From: Pavona decussata
Taxonomy: Eukaryota
Length of the DNA: 64,000 bases
Reading direction: 5' to 3'
NCBI GenBank assembly: GCA_977016875.1
Contig: CDRNST010000289.1
Span: 620,001 to 684,000 of the forward strand
Below are positions 13,516 through 27,212 of the stretch, piece by piece. Both the position numbers and the translations under genes were made by a program. Each line of letters starts with the position of its first letter. Position 1 is the stretch's first letter. The notes under the pieces are model-generated. The model searched no databases, was not told the DNA's origin, and was given only the letters and a program-made list of their open reading frames with translations.

Positions 13516-13709
13516 ACCCGTTATTAATTTCATTCAATTTATTTATTAACCTATTCCCTACCAAGGACGTATATATACGTCCTCCAGAATTACACGCAAC
13601 GACCCAGGACATATATATACATATACGTCCTCAAACAAATAGCATGACTCACTGTCCGGTCGTTCATACAACTGGTTTATTCAATGTCTTTTGTAATTGT
13701 GATTTAAGG

Positions 13710-13812
13710 TAGCCTGCGAACGCAGACGTCTTTCCGACTGTCGCTTCTCCACGCTAAAAAAATAACGGAGAGAAACGACAGTCGGAAACCGGCTGTTTGT
13801 GTTCGCAGGCTA
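13710..13812. mobile_element. TAGCCTG-family MITE
   Basis: TAGCCTGCGAAC...GTTCGCAGGCTA TIRs. Confidence 0.65.
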
Positions 13813-14062
13813 GGTCAAATGCTCTTTTCGACAAATAAATGTAAATATATCAAATTCTCGCTTCTTACTGCTGTAGCAGCTGCTTCCCGACAACATCAAA
13901 AATAAAGAAGAAAAAAAGAAACCGTTCGACGGTTCTGAAGCCATCTGCATGTCTACCAAAGTACCGAAACGCTTTTTTCGTTTGTGATTTGGTTACAGTA
14001 AAATTTCCACGATGTTACGAGCATTTCGTTGGGCTGTACCGGCGATTATGGTTCAGAATTAA

Positions 14063-14431
14063 AGGGGAAGTATCACGAAAATTTGATTTCATTTCAAACC
14101 CCCAAAATGTTTGTCTGACAACAGAAACAAAAAAATTGTCTAGTTTTGTTATAAATTACCACCCCAGTGCAATAAAACTGTCAATTAGTGCCTCTGGCCA
14201 GAGACAGAGTAGGTCAGAATGGATTGAAACTTGAAAAATGTTAGGCTAATGTTTTTCAAGTTTTCGTGTTTTTGTTTCCAAAATGCGCTAGAACAGAGTA
14301 CGAGTTGTTCCTGTCAAGAATTGAGTTGATTTCTCTCCTCTCGTTGTTGTGGAATTATTTTGTAGCAAAGTGAAGGTCTTATTTCACCATTTTTAACAAA
14401 AGAGGTCAAAAACCCCATGATACTTCCCTCT
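14063..14431. mobile_element. Kolobok-like non-autonomous element; diverged second copy at ~2060-2398
   Basis: TTAA|AGGGGAAGTATCA...TGATACTTCCCTCT|TTAA; interior aligns by eye with 2060-2398. Confidence 0.65.
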
Positions 14432-16410
14432 TTAATTAAGGGTGGTTAACGGGAAACTGTTTGATAAGCAGTTACACCAAATGGAAGGAAATTACATTTA
14501 AAGACAGTGTCTCTTTTTGCTACAACGCATACGTCGTTTGGTTGTTTTTAAATTCTCCGTCAATTGACAATGAAAAATAAGCAATGAGCCCGCGAGAATT
14601 TCTGCAGTTATTGCAATGCTATTTGCAATGTAATCTGTGCAGTTTGGTTATGATTTTGTAAATGCAATACCGGGGTAATATCTGACTCTTGACAATGATT
14701 ACTGGTGTAAACAATTTGCAAGTTACGGCTTTAAAAGAAACATCCCTGCACTGCTGGAGCCTTAACCCCTGATATAAACAACAAATTCTCTTTTCTTGTT
14801 CCATACTAATCTTACTGGGGAGAAGTTAATAAAATATTAGAATTTAGTTAATAGAAAATTCACCTTGGGTGATCACATCCTTAATTCCCATGACCTCAGG
14901 GATTAAAGAAGCATTGATATTACAAGGAGAAATTCGATGTTGATCACCGTTAGGGCCAGACTTGCCCCAAGCCGTCTTTTTATGCGCGCCGTAAAATGAG
15001 ACAAACGAGCGACGACTGACTCCAACAAAAACGGACTTTGAGAAAGTGTACGTTTGGGCTTCAAGAGTTAAACCACCAATGGTAGCAGTCCAGGTTGTAC
15101 AATCTTCAGTACCTCAACCAGAATAAGGTGCCAATTATCTCCCTCAGTTACACATCCTTCCCCCCCCCCCCCCCCAACCCACCCTCTCCCCGAAAAAAAT
15201 CCTTTTATTTTTATACATGTATGTACATTTATTACTAATTTGTCTAGAGGTATTCCCACGTGGGCAGCTTAAAGAGATTTATGTCTACCCCTTTTGAATT
15301 TTAAAAATTCCTTTGTTATTTGTTCTCCCTTGGGTAGTGTGGCATCATCAATATTGCAGGCCTCTAATATGATATTCATTTGCCGTTGCAGACCAGCAGA
15401 CAGACTTATTGGGCCACATGGTCACATCTTTGAGAAGTTTGTCAGTGTAGCGAAACACCGCTAAGGGGTCTACTTAATTCAATCCAACTTAACAGTGGGG
15501 TGCTTATTGGCAAGAGAGGTGTTAAGCAATCCAACTAAAGCAGGCATCTAATTGCCAACGTAATCATCCCGACAGCTAAATCAAGCTAATTAAAAACCTC
15601 TCTGTCTGTAGTCTGCGAAACAAGCGTTTCCATGAAATTTTCTGCCCTCCGTATTTTGGATGCGTCCCAATTTCCGAGTTGTCAAACAGCGAAAAACAGA
15701 AAAATGGAAACCCTTCCTGCTCAAGATACTTTGTCTGGAAACATCTAACTAACAACCGTTTAGTTAACCTCCCTTCCACAGACTCGTACCCAGTCGCTAT
15801 TTTCGTGTTTTGTGGGGTGAGAAGATTGGATGCGAGGATGGATTGAGGTGTCTAGGTGTCATGGGAAGGAAAAATAGTAGACAGTAGCTAGTTTAACATA
15901 TAAACAATAAAAAACTTGTCTGCGAATTTTTTCTTTCAAAATATTTTTTATCCGAGAGCAATTTTTGTACGATCACTCCACATTTTTTGATCCTATTTCG
16001 AAAATGTTTTGTAACTTTTTACTGCGATTGAATATGGCAAAATGCAGACACATTGTTTTAGCGCTTTGGGTCCGGAAACTGAGGAGCAAATTAAATTAAC
16101 GAAAAATAAGATTCGCTTTGACTTGTAGCTTTCAAAAGGTGATTTGGACGCTCGCATTTAGAGGTCGTGAAAAATTCGACAATTCACTTTATTTCAAAAT
16201 TCTTGAAATAGTTTGATAGCCAGCTCTATAAGCTTTAATTTGATATAAGGGTTCAGGAATCTACAGTTTAAACCGGACGCGCTACATCGCTTAGACGCGA
16301 GACACCTCTTAAGGAATACGGTAACCTTAATTTGCTGTGCTTCTCGGCTAAACGCTTCCATGTAGATGTCGCATTTGTATTTGAGTGATATTAAATATAG
16401 CTTTAATGAT

Positions 16411-18435
16411 ATTTTCTTGACAATGTGGCGACGACCTATCTTGAAGGTAACTTCAATCTCCAATAAGAAACACTATTTTCGCTGCAGTCAGTTTTAGCGG
16501 ATGCACAATAGAAGAGTGAGGAGTAACCGCTTAGTTCTTACTCTAAGCTAAGCGTTTCCACTGATGTGGACACTAGCCTGTAAGGCATTTCTCACACCTA
16601 TCTAGTATACACCTTACACGATAGAGAGGACGACGGGTCTGCACGCTAGGTCGAACTCCAGACGTATTAGTTTTAAGCTCGAGCAAGTAAAATCTGCAAA
16701 TTGTGATCCGCTCTGATAAAGGGTTAACAATCGAAACCTCAGCTTTGAAATCTTTCGGTGACCAAATTATTTATCAACTCTGTTGATTAAACCAAACACT
16801 GATCCCTCTCTACCCTCCCACCGAATCTAGCTTCTTATCTATACCGGCTGCAAATCACACTACCAATGAAAAACAGAACTTTTGCGCTGCTGTGAATTTT
16901 TAAACTCGAATGAAGTTCGTCAGCACAATTAAATTGATCTCTTGCTCCCAATGGAAGAAGTATTCTAGAAGGTCGCTTTTGTTTTGATCGGCTCTTTGTC
17001 GATGTTCATGGCCGATAATCACGCAGTCGTAACGAGAAATTCTGATAGCTTCTCTAAATATTTAATTAATCAGTCAAACCAAATTTAAATCAAAGAAGTT
17101 TCTTTCCCTTGAGGCTTAATGAAAGCTCAAACGTTTAGTGTGGATAGACATATTTTACATACTGAAATTTTGTCGTATTCTAGTTACTTTTATTCTTTAG
17201 AGGACTCCTAATACCTTTTTGTCTCAGCGACCCAAGTGGTTAATTAGACTCTCGTGGTATGATGTCTGCCTAAAGTAAACAACGAGAGTTGATTGAAACA
17301 ATATTGAATAGCTTGCAATTAAATTAAGTTGCGCTCTGTTGGATAAAGATAAAGGGCGTCTACTTGATTGGCACGGTTTAGTTAGGGCATGTCACATTTG
17401 TATTTTAATGATGTTAAATGTAGTCTTAATAATAACAAGTCCTGTTATTTTCTTAAGGATCTGGCCACGACATATCTAGAAGGTAAGTTCAATTTCCAAT
17501 AAGAAACATTGTTTTCGCTACAGTCAGTTTTAGCGGATGCACAATGGAAGAGTTGAGGAGAAACCATTTAGTTCTTACTTCAATTTTTTCGCAGTATTCT
17601 TTTCCTGTGCTTTCCGGTTAAGCGCTTAATGTCGGCACTAGCCTGCATGGTGCACGTACTTCTCACACCCTAGCTAGCTAGAATATATACACCTTCCAAG
17701 ATATTTCTTGAGAGAGAACGTCGAGTTTCCAGGCTAGGCCGAGCTCCAGATGTAGTTTAAACTAAGCAAGTGAAAACTTTATATCGTAAATAGTTTTGGT
17801 AAACCAAATATGCGCCTATGATCTGCATGATTACACCGCCATCATCATAACAACTCGATACCGACACTACAAATTGTGATCCGCTCTGATGAAGGGTTAA
17901 CACTCGAAAGACTTCAGCTTTGAAATCTCTCGTTGACAAAATTACTTATCAACTCTGTTGATTAAAACCAAAAATTTGTCTCTATTCTCCCACCGACGCA
18001 ATACCAAAGTTCCTTTAGAAACTAGCTTCTTGTCTACACTGCAAATCACTTTGCCAATGAAAAGCAGAACCTATGCGCTGCTGTGAATTTTTAAATTCGA
18101 ATTAAGTTCCTCAACACAATTATATTGATCTCTTGTTTCCAATGGAAGAAGTATTCTAGAAGGTCGCTTTTGTGTTGATCGATTCTTTGTCGATGTTCTT
18201 GGCCGATTGTCACCCAGTTGTAAAGGGAAATTCTGATAGCTTCATTAAATACTTAATCAGTTAAACTAAATTTAAATCGAGGAGGTTTCTTTCCCTTGAG
18301 ACTTGATGAAAGATCAAACGTTTAGTGTGGATAGACAATTATTTTCCATACTGAAATTTTATCATATTCTAGTTACTTTCTTTCTTTAGAGGACTCCATA
18401 TACCTCTATGTATCAGCGACCCAAGTGGCTAATTT
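16411..18435 (+). repeat. Diverged tandem duplication (~16411-17246 and ~17447-18435); each unit holds a Penelope-type hammerhead relic
   Basis: Collinear matches such as CAGTCAGTTTTAGCGGATGCACAAT, CCAATGGAAGAAGTATTCTAGAAGGTCGCTTTTG and CAGCGACCCAAGTGG in both units. Confidence 0.9.
17883..17918 (+). ncRNA. Degenerate minimal hammerhead ribozyme motif (paralog at 16710-16743)
   Basis: GCT-CTGATGA-AGGGTTAACACTC-GAAA-GACTTC-AGC: CUGANGA and GAAA cores closed by GCT/AGC; the paralog has CTGATAA. Confidence 0.55.
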
Positions 18436-21353
18436 TAATTAGCCACATGCATATTACAATATCGCGATATATCTATATTACTAGTATACCGCTAGAGTAT
18501 ACTGTAAAAAGAAGTATACTGATTCACTCAGTCTCCCCTATTTTCCAAAAATCAATCACTAGGGTTAAAAACACTTCTGGCTATCCTGATTATACGAATG
18601 GTTGGTTTCGTCAACACAGTTGACCAGGTCATTCATCTGTTCTAATTTTACCACATTCCCATTTAAGAGAACAATTCTTTTCTTTTCCTTGCCTTTGTGC
18701 ATGCCGACAAAACGGCATGGAGGAAATAATTTGGAAAACAATCCAGATCAGTGATTAAGATTCTATCAAAAACAAGGCACTGGAGTAATCCCTTAGAAAA
18801 AAAAAAGCAAACGGTTTGCTAAAGTAGGCCCAGTGTACCTGAGTCATAACAGGTTAAAATGAGGGGGTTCTGTGCTTTAATAGAGGAAGCAGTATTATTT
18901 GTTTCCAGATTCAATAATTGTATATTGGAGGTACTTTTGTGCTAGGAAGGTTTTGAAACATGAAATGAAAAATGCCGAGCGAAAATTGATTCTACCTGCC
19001 ACACTTTATGGCGCAATCCAAATTCGACTTAATTCGGATGCCTCAGTGACAGTTCATTATTTAGTTTTATGGATGATTTAAGTAAGTGGGTTCCAACGCC
19101 CCTGGAAATAAAAAAAAAATGTCTTTGTTTTAAGCTTCTTGTGGTCACCATTAATGAATAGCGGCTCTTTTAATTAGCAAAGAACGTGATCACATAGAAT
19201 TACTTAAGGCGACACTTTAAATTCGTGGAGCAAAATAATGGTATCAAGTTCGAAGTGTTAACTGACGACGAGAAAACAAATATCAAACTTTTACTCTACG
19301 GAAATTCACTGTAATTAGAAGGCCTTGAGGAGTGTAATTTTGAAGAATATACTTTTGGCATGACCCTAGGCCGCTAGGGTCGATAACAATTCCTTGCACT
19401 GCTTTTGGAGTGTTATATGATGAGGTCGGAAGCATCCCGATAACTAGCGAAAAATAGTTAGACAGCAAGGAGACAGTTTCGTGAAAGAGACTGACCGTAC
19501 GTTTTTTCAACTGACGTTTAAGGAAAAAATTCCTACCCTCTGAGAGTACGAAACAGGCCATTTGGTAATGATATTTTAAATGTAAATAGCCTGGTTCTTT
19601 GGGCGGTAAGTGGAAGTATGAAGGTTTTTTTAAGTTTTAGGGAAATTTGTAACGAGCGGCACTGGTTGAATAAAGAAAGATCTGGATACGAAACACTGAA
19701 TTCAAAGCATACTTTTGAAAGGAAGCTCTTTATTTAGATTTGCGGCTTTGACCAAACTAGCTACAACTGCGTATGAAAACCTCGGTGTTAATTATAGTTG
19801 ATTGCGAAAACCAGTTTGACTTGTATTTTCTGCGATTTGTTGTGAGACTGAACCGTAGCAGTGTTTTCCCGTTTCTTTAGGCATTAATTAAACGGAAACA
19901 TTTTGTGTGAATATTTTTACCGTTTAATAAACAACCCGGGTTGGACGCGACAAACCCGACTGTTCTCTGTTTTGACATTGAAAAGAGCTATTGCGAGTAC
20001 CATCGCTCTATAGCTTTGAGTGCACGACGTAACTTTACACAGTACGTCTTTTAGCTCAGAGCCAGAACTTTTACTCTCTGCAGTTATTGTTTTAGAGGAA
20101 TTGAAGCGCGTCGGGTGCGCTATGTTTACCGACAATCGCATCTTTTGCTATTTACTATGACGGAATCAGTAGAGGTTCGCTATTTCAACACCTCGTAAAT
20201 CTCGTCATGTTTATTCGATTTCTTCAAATCAGTGAGTTCTTGGGGCGAGATTTAACTATAAAAATAAACGCTAAAAGCGATTGACGGTTCGACCGTTCAA
20301 CGGTCCGTACCAAGTTCGGTTTTAAGGATAACTTAGAATAAACCATGCATGATATATGCAGTTGTAATGTCTTTGAATAACGCCAAGGTGCATGAAATTG
20401 CTAAAGTATTTACAAAGAAACATTAAGAAATAGGGGCATAAAAAGCTAGTAGAATAAATATCCTTACGCGAATCACATGATGACAAGTGGTTAGATATTA
20501 ATAGTAATAAAAACGCTAAAAGGTGTAGTTAGAAACAATGAAGTATGGTGTAATCAATAAACAACTTCGCGCGGATAGAATCACATTGTTTGTTAAGCTT
20601 TGGTTTGAACTCACGGATGAAGACGGAGCATCTCAAATGCTAGGCAGTCGAGCTGGTGATGACATTTCTTCAGGAGTTTGAAGTTCCGTGCAATGTTCTC
20701 TGGCTCCTTCAAGTTTCATCCAGGATCCCTCGTACAAAACACCATCCGACAATTTATGGAGGTGTAAATTATGGAGACTGAGTGTCCGCAACTACAAGTT
20801 CCTAGAGAGCGAAAAGTTATCGTTAGAATCGCCATCGCACGCAAACAACTAGGTGATCTTAGCCGGGAGATAAATGCCATCGTCCTTCCATTTACACCAG
20901 CCTAGGATCAAGGATGAAAATGAGAATTCCAGTTTCAAATTTTCAAAATTTTCAAATTTATTGAGTGGGTCTGTTGAGTTAAAGTATACATTGCGTGACT
21001 GTGCGGTAAACGAATACGAATTTTAAAATCTTTACCCCACGCTATCAGAAAAGTGATGTTTTTGAGCGTTTTCTATAAGAAAGGAAATTTTTCAGTTATA
21101 AAGGTGGTTGAAATTGAAATTCCGTGCAATCATTAAAAAAAAGCGGATGAAAACTAGAGACCACAGTTTCTTGTTCCTTGAAAGTATAATTTTTCATATT
21201 GCAGTGTAAGAGGAGCATGCGCGCGTTCGTCCAAGTCGGATCTGTCGAATGAGGGGAACAAAATCTGTCTCCCTACTCCTTCATCCTTGGTAAATATCAT
21301 ACTTTAAATATGCTAAAATCTAATGATGAAGAGTAGGCGTCTGTCGAACTCCG

Positions 21354-21600
21354 ATGACAAGAAAAGGCCGCAAGAACAAACGAGGTAATCAAGGCTCTTT
21401 AGCAGTAGAAGAAGAGCTCAGCGACGCCAAACAAAGCAGCATGGCCGCGAGTGAAGCTGGAGAGAATATGGAGATGACAGAAAATTCGTCAACGGAACCC
21501 ATCCTAACTGAAATGAGAGAAATGCTAGCGAATATTCAAATGTCAATAGCAAATATCTTAAAAGAAAACAAGTCAGTTAAAACAGAATTAACGGCGGAGC
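21354..21600 (+). mobile_element. 5' fragment of a LINE (CR1/L2-like) ORF1
   Basis: Basic N-terminus MTRKGRKNKR followed by coiled-coil-like LTEMREMLANIQMSIANILKENK; truncated. Confidence 0.4.
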
Positions 21601-24600
21601 ATATTTTCAACTGAGGAGAGGGGGGGAGAGGGGGTGGGGGGGACTTGAAAACGAGCGTCGGGTTCGTGAGTTTGTAGGGGGGGGGGGAGGGTCGTCTTCG
21701 TGAGTGATAACTTTACTCATGTTGTTTTGCTCACTTTTGGCTGTTCTTCGTCCTTTGGATAATAAAACTCGCTCTCGCTATGGCTCTCTTCGTTGCACAT
21801 ACTAAAGCAGTATCTGTATTCTAGTTTTTCTTTCAGTTATTGAAAATATAGTTGTACTTTGTCCGTAATTTTTGTTGTTTTCGCCCACGCGCTCGTAGCT
21901 TTTACTCACAACGAAAAAGAGCCGTCGAGCTGAGAAAGTTTTTCATAATGCCCGGTGATTACAAAAACTCTTGCCCGCTCAGCAGCCAATCAGAGCGCGC
22001 GTACTATTGTAGCCATATAATAAAAATATTATTACAAGTTTAGCTTCATATTTCAATAATATGTATGAATCGGTAGTTCATTGTAGCAACGGCACAGTTA
22101 TGGAATCACTTATATCTCAACACAATAGTTAATGAAAATCCACCACCGTAACTTTCCTAACATTTTCCTTGCGATTGTCATTGAGCTATACAGAAGCATT
22201 AGCAACCAGTCTTGTCTTGTGAGTGTTTAATTTAGGATGGACAAATGAGTAAAACGTGCTTGATGCGTTTGAGAACGAAGCCAGGTTTTTCTATTCATCT
22301 AGCGGTTGAAAATGAACGCTTTCCTGTTGAACTGGTGGCAGGATTAACATGTACTAACTTAATTCGAAAAACGCCGACTACACCTATTTGTCATCTTAAT
22401 TATGCTTGCAAATGCTTTGGGAAAAAAAAGCCGATTGAACAAGAATTCCAAACCAAGGTAATATTACAGTGGAAAGTAGAAAAATTCTCTTCCCTGGGCA
22501 TCAGACTTTTTTTTTGTAATAATATATTTAGTATTAGTGTGTTAAAAGTAGTAGATGCAAGTAATAAACTGTATTGTATTTGTAAACAGTGTTGTAATCA
22601 AAAACAGCACGAATAAAGTGTGTATATGTTAAAACAAATATTAGTGACGTACTAGGTTAAGGGGGGATTACACCTAAACGCAATTTTTCCGCCACTTGAC
22701 ATGGTTTTAATGAAAATATCTAGCTCACGTTTCAAGCAATCCAAAAACCCTATCATCATCCCGTGAATCTGTGTTGTGGAGTATTTTGTGAATTTTTGGG
22801 TGATTTTGGGTATATTTGGGAGGAGTAGTTACTCTAGAAGGATTGGTAAAATTAAGAGAAATAAGAAATATTAAACATTTAGTAAAGTTTTAAAATTAGA
22901 ATTTGAAGTTAATAATTAATAGACGGACACCAAGTTAGTCCACTAGCAACCTGGTGTGCTCTTGGGTGGCTATCAACTGTCTGTTGGTGTTTCAAAAATC
23001 ATTTTTTTCTTCTATCTCTTTTTAAAATCTCTTCAAATCTCATTCAAATTTAGGTGAAACGTAGTTAAATTGTTAGTAGCGCCTTTTTATTTTCTCGTCC
23101 CTATTGTTTGTCTTCACTATTGTAAGTTATTTAGTGATTCTTTTTTATTAGCTTGATTTTGTAGTATGTATTTCTGAGCTGATTTTCTAGAAGTTGCTAC
23201 TGCTATTTATGATGCAAAAGAGAATATCAACTCCTTCTGGGAAATTCGAGCCTATACCCTTGTGCTTATTAGCACAATGGCATAAGTCAGATGGGTCGAG
23301 TGAGCTTAAAAAAAATGAAAATATGGTGCATATATAATAGCCCTGCTTGTCGAAATCGCAGTTATTTTGTCAAGCAATGTAACTGATGTTAACAGACGGC
23401 CTTGAAGCCTGAACGTAGCCTGTCCATTCAGGATATGTTGTATCTAAGGAACCTGTTAGCCTTTGTTTTATGGTACTTACTAAGGACATGATTTCTACCT
23501 AAAAGTTCAACTCCTGAAAGCACCGTCTCTTCTTCATTTGATTGCTCGAGATTATTCTGAAGTGATTTATGATGCAAAGGAGAATATCAACCCTTTCTGA
23601 GAAATTCGAGCCTATATCGCTATGCTTTCTGAGCTGCTTTTCCAGCACGTGGCTACAGAAATTAGCCATTAAGTTTTCGTTAACTTTTCTTAAGATATTT
23701 TTTTAGCGATTCCCATTGAATTTCACATTGATAACTACAAAAATTAGAGGGTTCATTAGTAGAAATTTGTGAAACAAAAATCTTTTTCTTCCCCCTCGTG
23801 GCTGTATATGGCACAATCAGCCCCATTCTCTCTCAAATGTCTATAAACCGCACAGCGATTGCACTTTGAATTCGGCGCGCTCTGAGCTCAGAAAAAATTC
23901 ATTAGACCTAGCGTTTTGTTTGGCTTCGTAAAGCAATTTTTGTTCCTGAGGACATCATTAAGTCTTGTGAGGGAAAAAGTCTTACTAGTGCAGCGTCCTG
24001 CTTCGTCTAATATGCACCCCACCTAGTTCTCTTTTAAGCTAAACGGGTAATTTTCAGTTACTCGCGCAGAGCTGACGACGGGTTGCATATTGTGAGCTTT
24101 GCTTGTGGAAGTCTTTGTCCGTAGAAGGTTTTAGAGATGATTTGTAGTCGGGAATCGTAAAATTATCGGAATTTTTAACCCGCCCAAAGACTTAGTTTAT
24201 CTTCTTGTTGAAAAGCGCTGTACGTTGTTTCCCGTTCAAATTTTTTTGCCCACATCCGGGACTTAAAGTATTATGGTGAAACAAGAGCAAGAATTGGCAA
24301 CGATTTTTTCTTTAATAAGCGTGAGTTTGAAAAGCTATTCGATTATTTTCTCCCTTGTAACTGTAGCTTTGTTAGGTTAGTGTTAGATTATTTGAGAAGT
24401 GCGACTTTGGGTCGGATTTCCGGTGTCAATGTCATAAATAATTTCCAGATGTTCGTTCGGCGTGATTCGCATTGCGTCATGAATTTAGAATGAAGACGGA
24501 AAATCAATTTAAAACGCTGTCTTGCTCTTATTAAGCCAATTCTGTTGTAGAAAGCTAGACTTGAGTGCTAAAAAACCGGGTTTTGGGTGAGATTTAAGAT

Positions 24601-25171
24601 GCGTTGGCGCCGTTAATAATTGCCAAGTGTCACACTTGTTTTGTCGGATCACAGGTCATGTTTCATTTCACTCAGATGTCAATGTCATGTCTAATTCCAA
24701 AAAGGCCCCTCTTTTCTCTTGCCCAGTATTCTCTGACCTTACTTTCTTGTGATGAGCCGTCACTGAAATCTCGTTAATTACTAGCATATTCCTTCAGCTT
24801 AGAAAGTCTCAAAATGTGCACAATTTCTGTTGCCACCTTTTGGAAAATCAGCTAAGATTTGTATTTATATCTTGTATTTGTATTCTGTAATATTGTATAA
24901 TGTCTATGTTCAATAAAGTTATTGATAAAAAATATTGAAGTGTAAATTATATTAGAAGACAAACAACAAAAGGTCAAAACCTTTCGTTGTTTGTCTTCTG
25001 ATTTAACTTTCCAATTTTGGCCAAAAAAGGATTTTAAAGGAGACGAAACAAAGCCATTTTAATAGCGTTTGATTCCCTAGAAGCCAAGGATTTTGGATTG
25101 ATGGTCCTAAACGAATGAACTTTGAAATAGTTAAATTCTCTCTAACAAATGTCACGTACATGTAGTTATTT

Positions 25172-25378
25172 CAATCTCGTACCCAGAGTCCTCAGGCTTT
25201 TTGGTCAGCGGGTAGGCGCCAGATATAAATAAATTTTTTGATTGGTTGCTCTGTATAAGCTCCATAACGGCTACCATTGTTTTACCACAGAAATTCTGCG
25301 GTAATAGAATTCCAGTACCCCAGAGTCCTGACGACCAACCGCTGGCCAAAGAGCCTGAGGACTCTGGGTACGGGATTG
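25172..25378. mobile_element. MITE with 10-bp target-site duplication (Mutator-like)
   Basis: CAATCTCGTACCCAGAGTCCTCAGGC TIR; GTAGTTATTT on both sides (25162-25171, 25379-25388). Confidence 0.8.
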
Positions 25379-25626
25379 GTAGTTATTTATATCGCATCAC
25401 TTCGCCTGCTGTACTTAATTTAGCCCAGTGATATCGATTTTCTTATTAGCAACATATCTTAACATTATCCCATACCTCATAAATGCAACCAACTGGCCTC
25501 CTTTTGCACTGCCCAGCCGTTGCTCTGTCATAAATTCTCACCAAATATAATACGACCACTCGAATCGACTCATCACTTACAGATGACAAAAGCAAATACA
25601 ATAATTGACAAGTATTTCTCTTTCAG

Positions 25627-25691
25627 GACCTCTACGATCACTTGTTGTCCCTTCAGAGGAACATTAAGAAGAGGTTTTGCTGGAAACTTCG
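25627..25691 (+). other. Candidate 5'UTR exon of the TPR gene
   Basis: tctctttcag acceptor and G|gtaagc donor, upstream of the ATG exon. Confidence 0.4.
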
Positions 25692-26460
25692 GTAAGCAAA
25701 AGTATTCTGGCGATATAATTCACGTCTTCTAGCCTACTCGTGGAAGTCTAATGACAGATTTTCTTAATCGGTCAAAAATAGAGGAAAGAGCAGTAACCTG
25801 GGCACAAGCTATTACTCTACACACAGTTCACTTTTTTTCTGGTGAAAAAAAAATTGTTTTAAAATAAGTACGCAAAGAGCAAAACGCAAACGATGCATGC
25901 GCCTGCATGGAGTTAGCCAGCTTAGTAGAACTCAAGGAGTGTCGAGGAAACATGTATTTTCGTTCTCCTGTATTTCTCCAAAACGTCATTATAATAATAA
26001 TCTTTTTTCACTCATCTTAAAATAAATATATAATGGATTTACATATAGTTAGACTTGAGTTAAAAAAAATTCAATCATAAACAAGGAAGCCTTGCGGCCC
26101 GCGCTATAAAAGTCTTTAGATACTAGACCTTAGTATTCCTATTGGGCCTGCTACCAATCTTAAATAATTAATCTGCTATGTTAATCTCTTTGTTCTGTCC
26201 CAACAGTGAATGAGGTGAAAGGAAAATAACGTACTGGTCTATATTCTTCCCATCTTTTTTGCAATCTTAACGTACACAAAAATATTTCTTAAACAAAAGT
26301 TTTTGTTGACTCGACTTTTACCTTTAGCATTCACTGGTATAATGTGTAATTAACAGCGGCAATACGCTTTAGTGTTTCAAAGAAATAAAGGCAGCTGATT
26401 AATAAAATCAACATAGAAACTGTTTATTCATAGGGTTTTTAGCCCGAACTCCCAGCATTC

Positions 26461-26551
26461 ATGGCGCAGAGTCAAATCAAAGCTGAAAGTGAAAATGACC
26501 TCACACCAGCTGGTGAGGAGACATTGGATTTTGATGACGGCACTTTAAGAG
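26461..26551 (+). CDS. TTC4-like TPR gene, first coding exon
   Basis: ATG; MAQSQIKAESENDLTPAGEETLDFDDGTLR; G|gtgag donor, phase 1. Confidence 0.75.
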
Positions 26552-26864
26552 GTGAGAAGAAAAGTTTGGTTCTTTTTATCAGAATATTTTAATATCTAAA
26601 ACCAACAAAATTCGAAAATCCTTCCCTAGTGTGGCTAACTAAGGCTGGCGTGACTTGTCGTAGTTCACTGTGTTTTGAAAGTACGTGTAAGAATTTATCC
26701 AAGGGTCAATTTAATAAAACTTTTAAAATTGTACTAAGCTGCGCCGTTCATGTCTTATACAGGTGCAATAAGAAAAACTCAAAGAAAAGTATCGTTTACA
26801 ACAAAACACCGTTACGCTACAGGCTATCTACTAACACATTATCTTCTTAATTGCTTCACTTTAG

Positions 26865-27026
26865 CAATAGCAGAGGTTTACAAAAATGAGGGTAATGACA
26901 GTTACAGACTGAATGATTTCAACAATGCCATCTACTTCTACACGGAAGGAATTAAAGTGAACTGCAAGGATGAGGAACTGAAAGCCCAACTGTACAGCAA
27001 CAGGGCAAAAGCTTATCTTTGTTTGG
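26865..27026 (+). CDS. TPR module 1, exon A
   Basis: AIAEVYKNEGNDSYRLNDFNNAIYFYTEGIKVNCKDEELKAQLYSNRAKAYLCL, resembling the TTC4/Cns1 TPR domain; ag/gt, phase 1/1. Confidence 0.9.
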
Positions 27027-27134
27027 GTGAGAAGCTCTTGTTAACTTAAATTGGCTTATGAAAATATGAAAGGGTTCTTCAATGGAATCCTCATCAATAT
27101 ACTAGCTTTCTCCTCATACTTTATTATTTCACAG

Positions 27135-27212
27135 GGGAGTATACTGATTCGTTGACTGATGCAAAAGTTGCCTGTTCCATACAGCCATCCTATTTGAAAG
27201 CGATCTTTACAG
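27135..27212 (+). CDS. TPR module 1, exon B
   Basis: GEYTDSLTDAKVACSIQPSYLKAIFT; phase 1/1. Confidence 0.9.

Noticed and set aside
19917-20141. hAT transposase fragment (TRFNS resembles TRWNS)
   Set aside because: A single short motif with no other supporting blocks or termini.
23204-23616. ~50-bp direct repeat as LTRs or a regulatory array
   Set aside because: Only two diverged copies with no element hallmarks; likely a local duplication within an old repeat.
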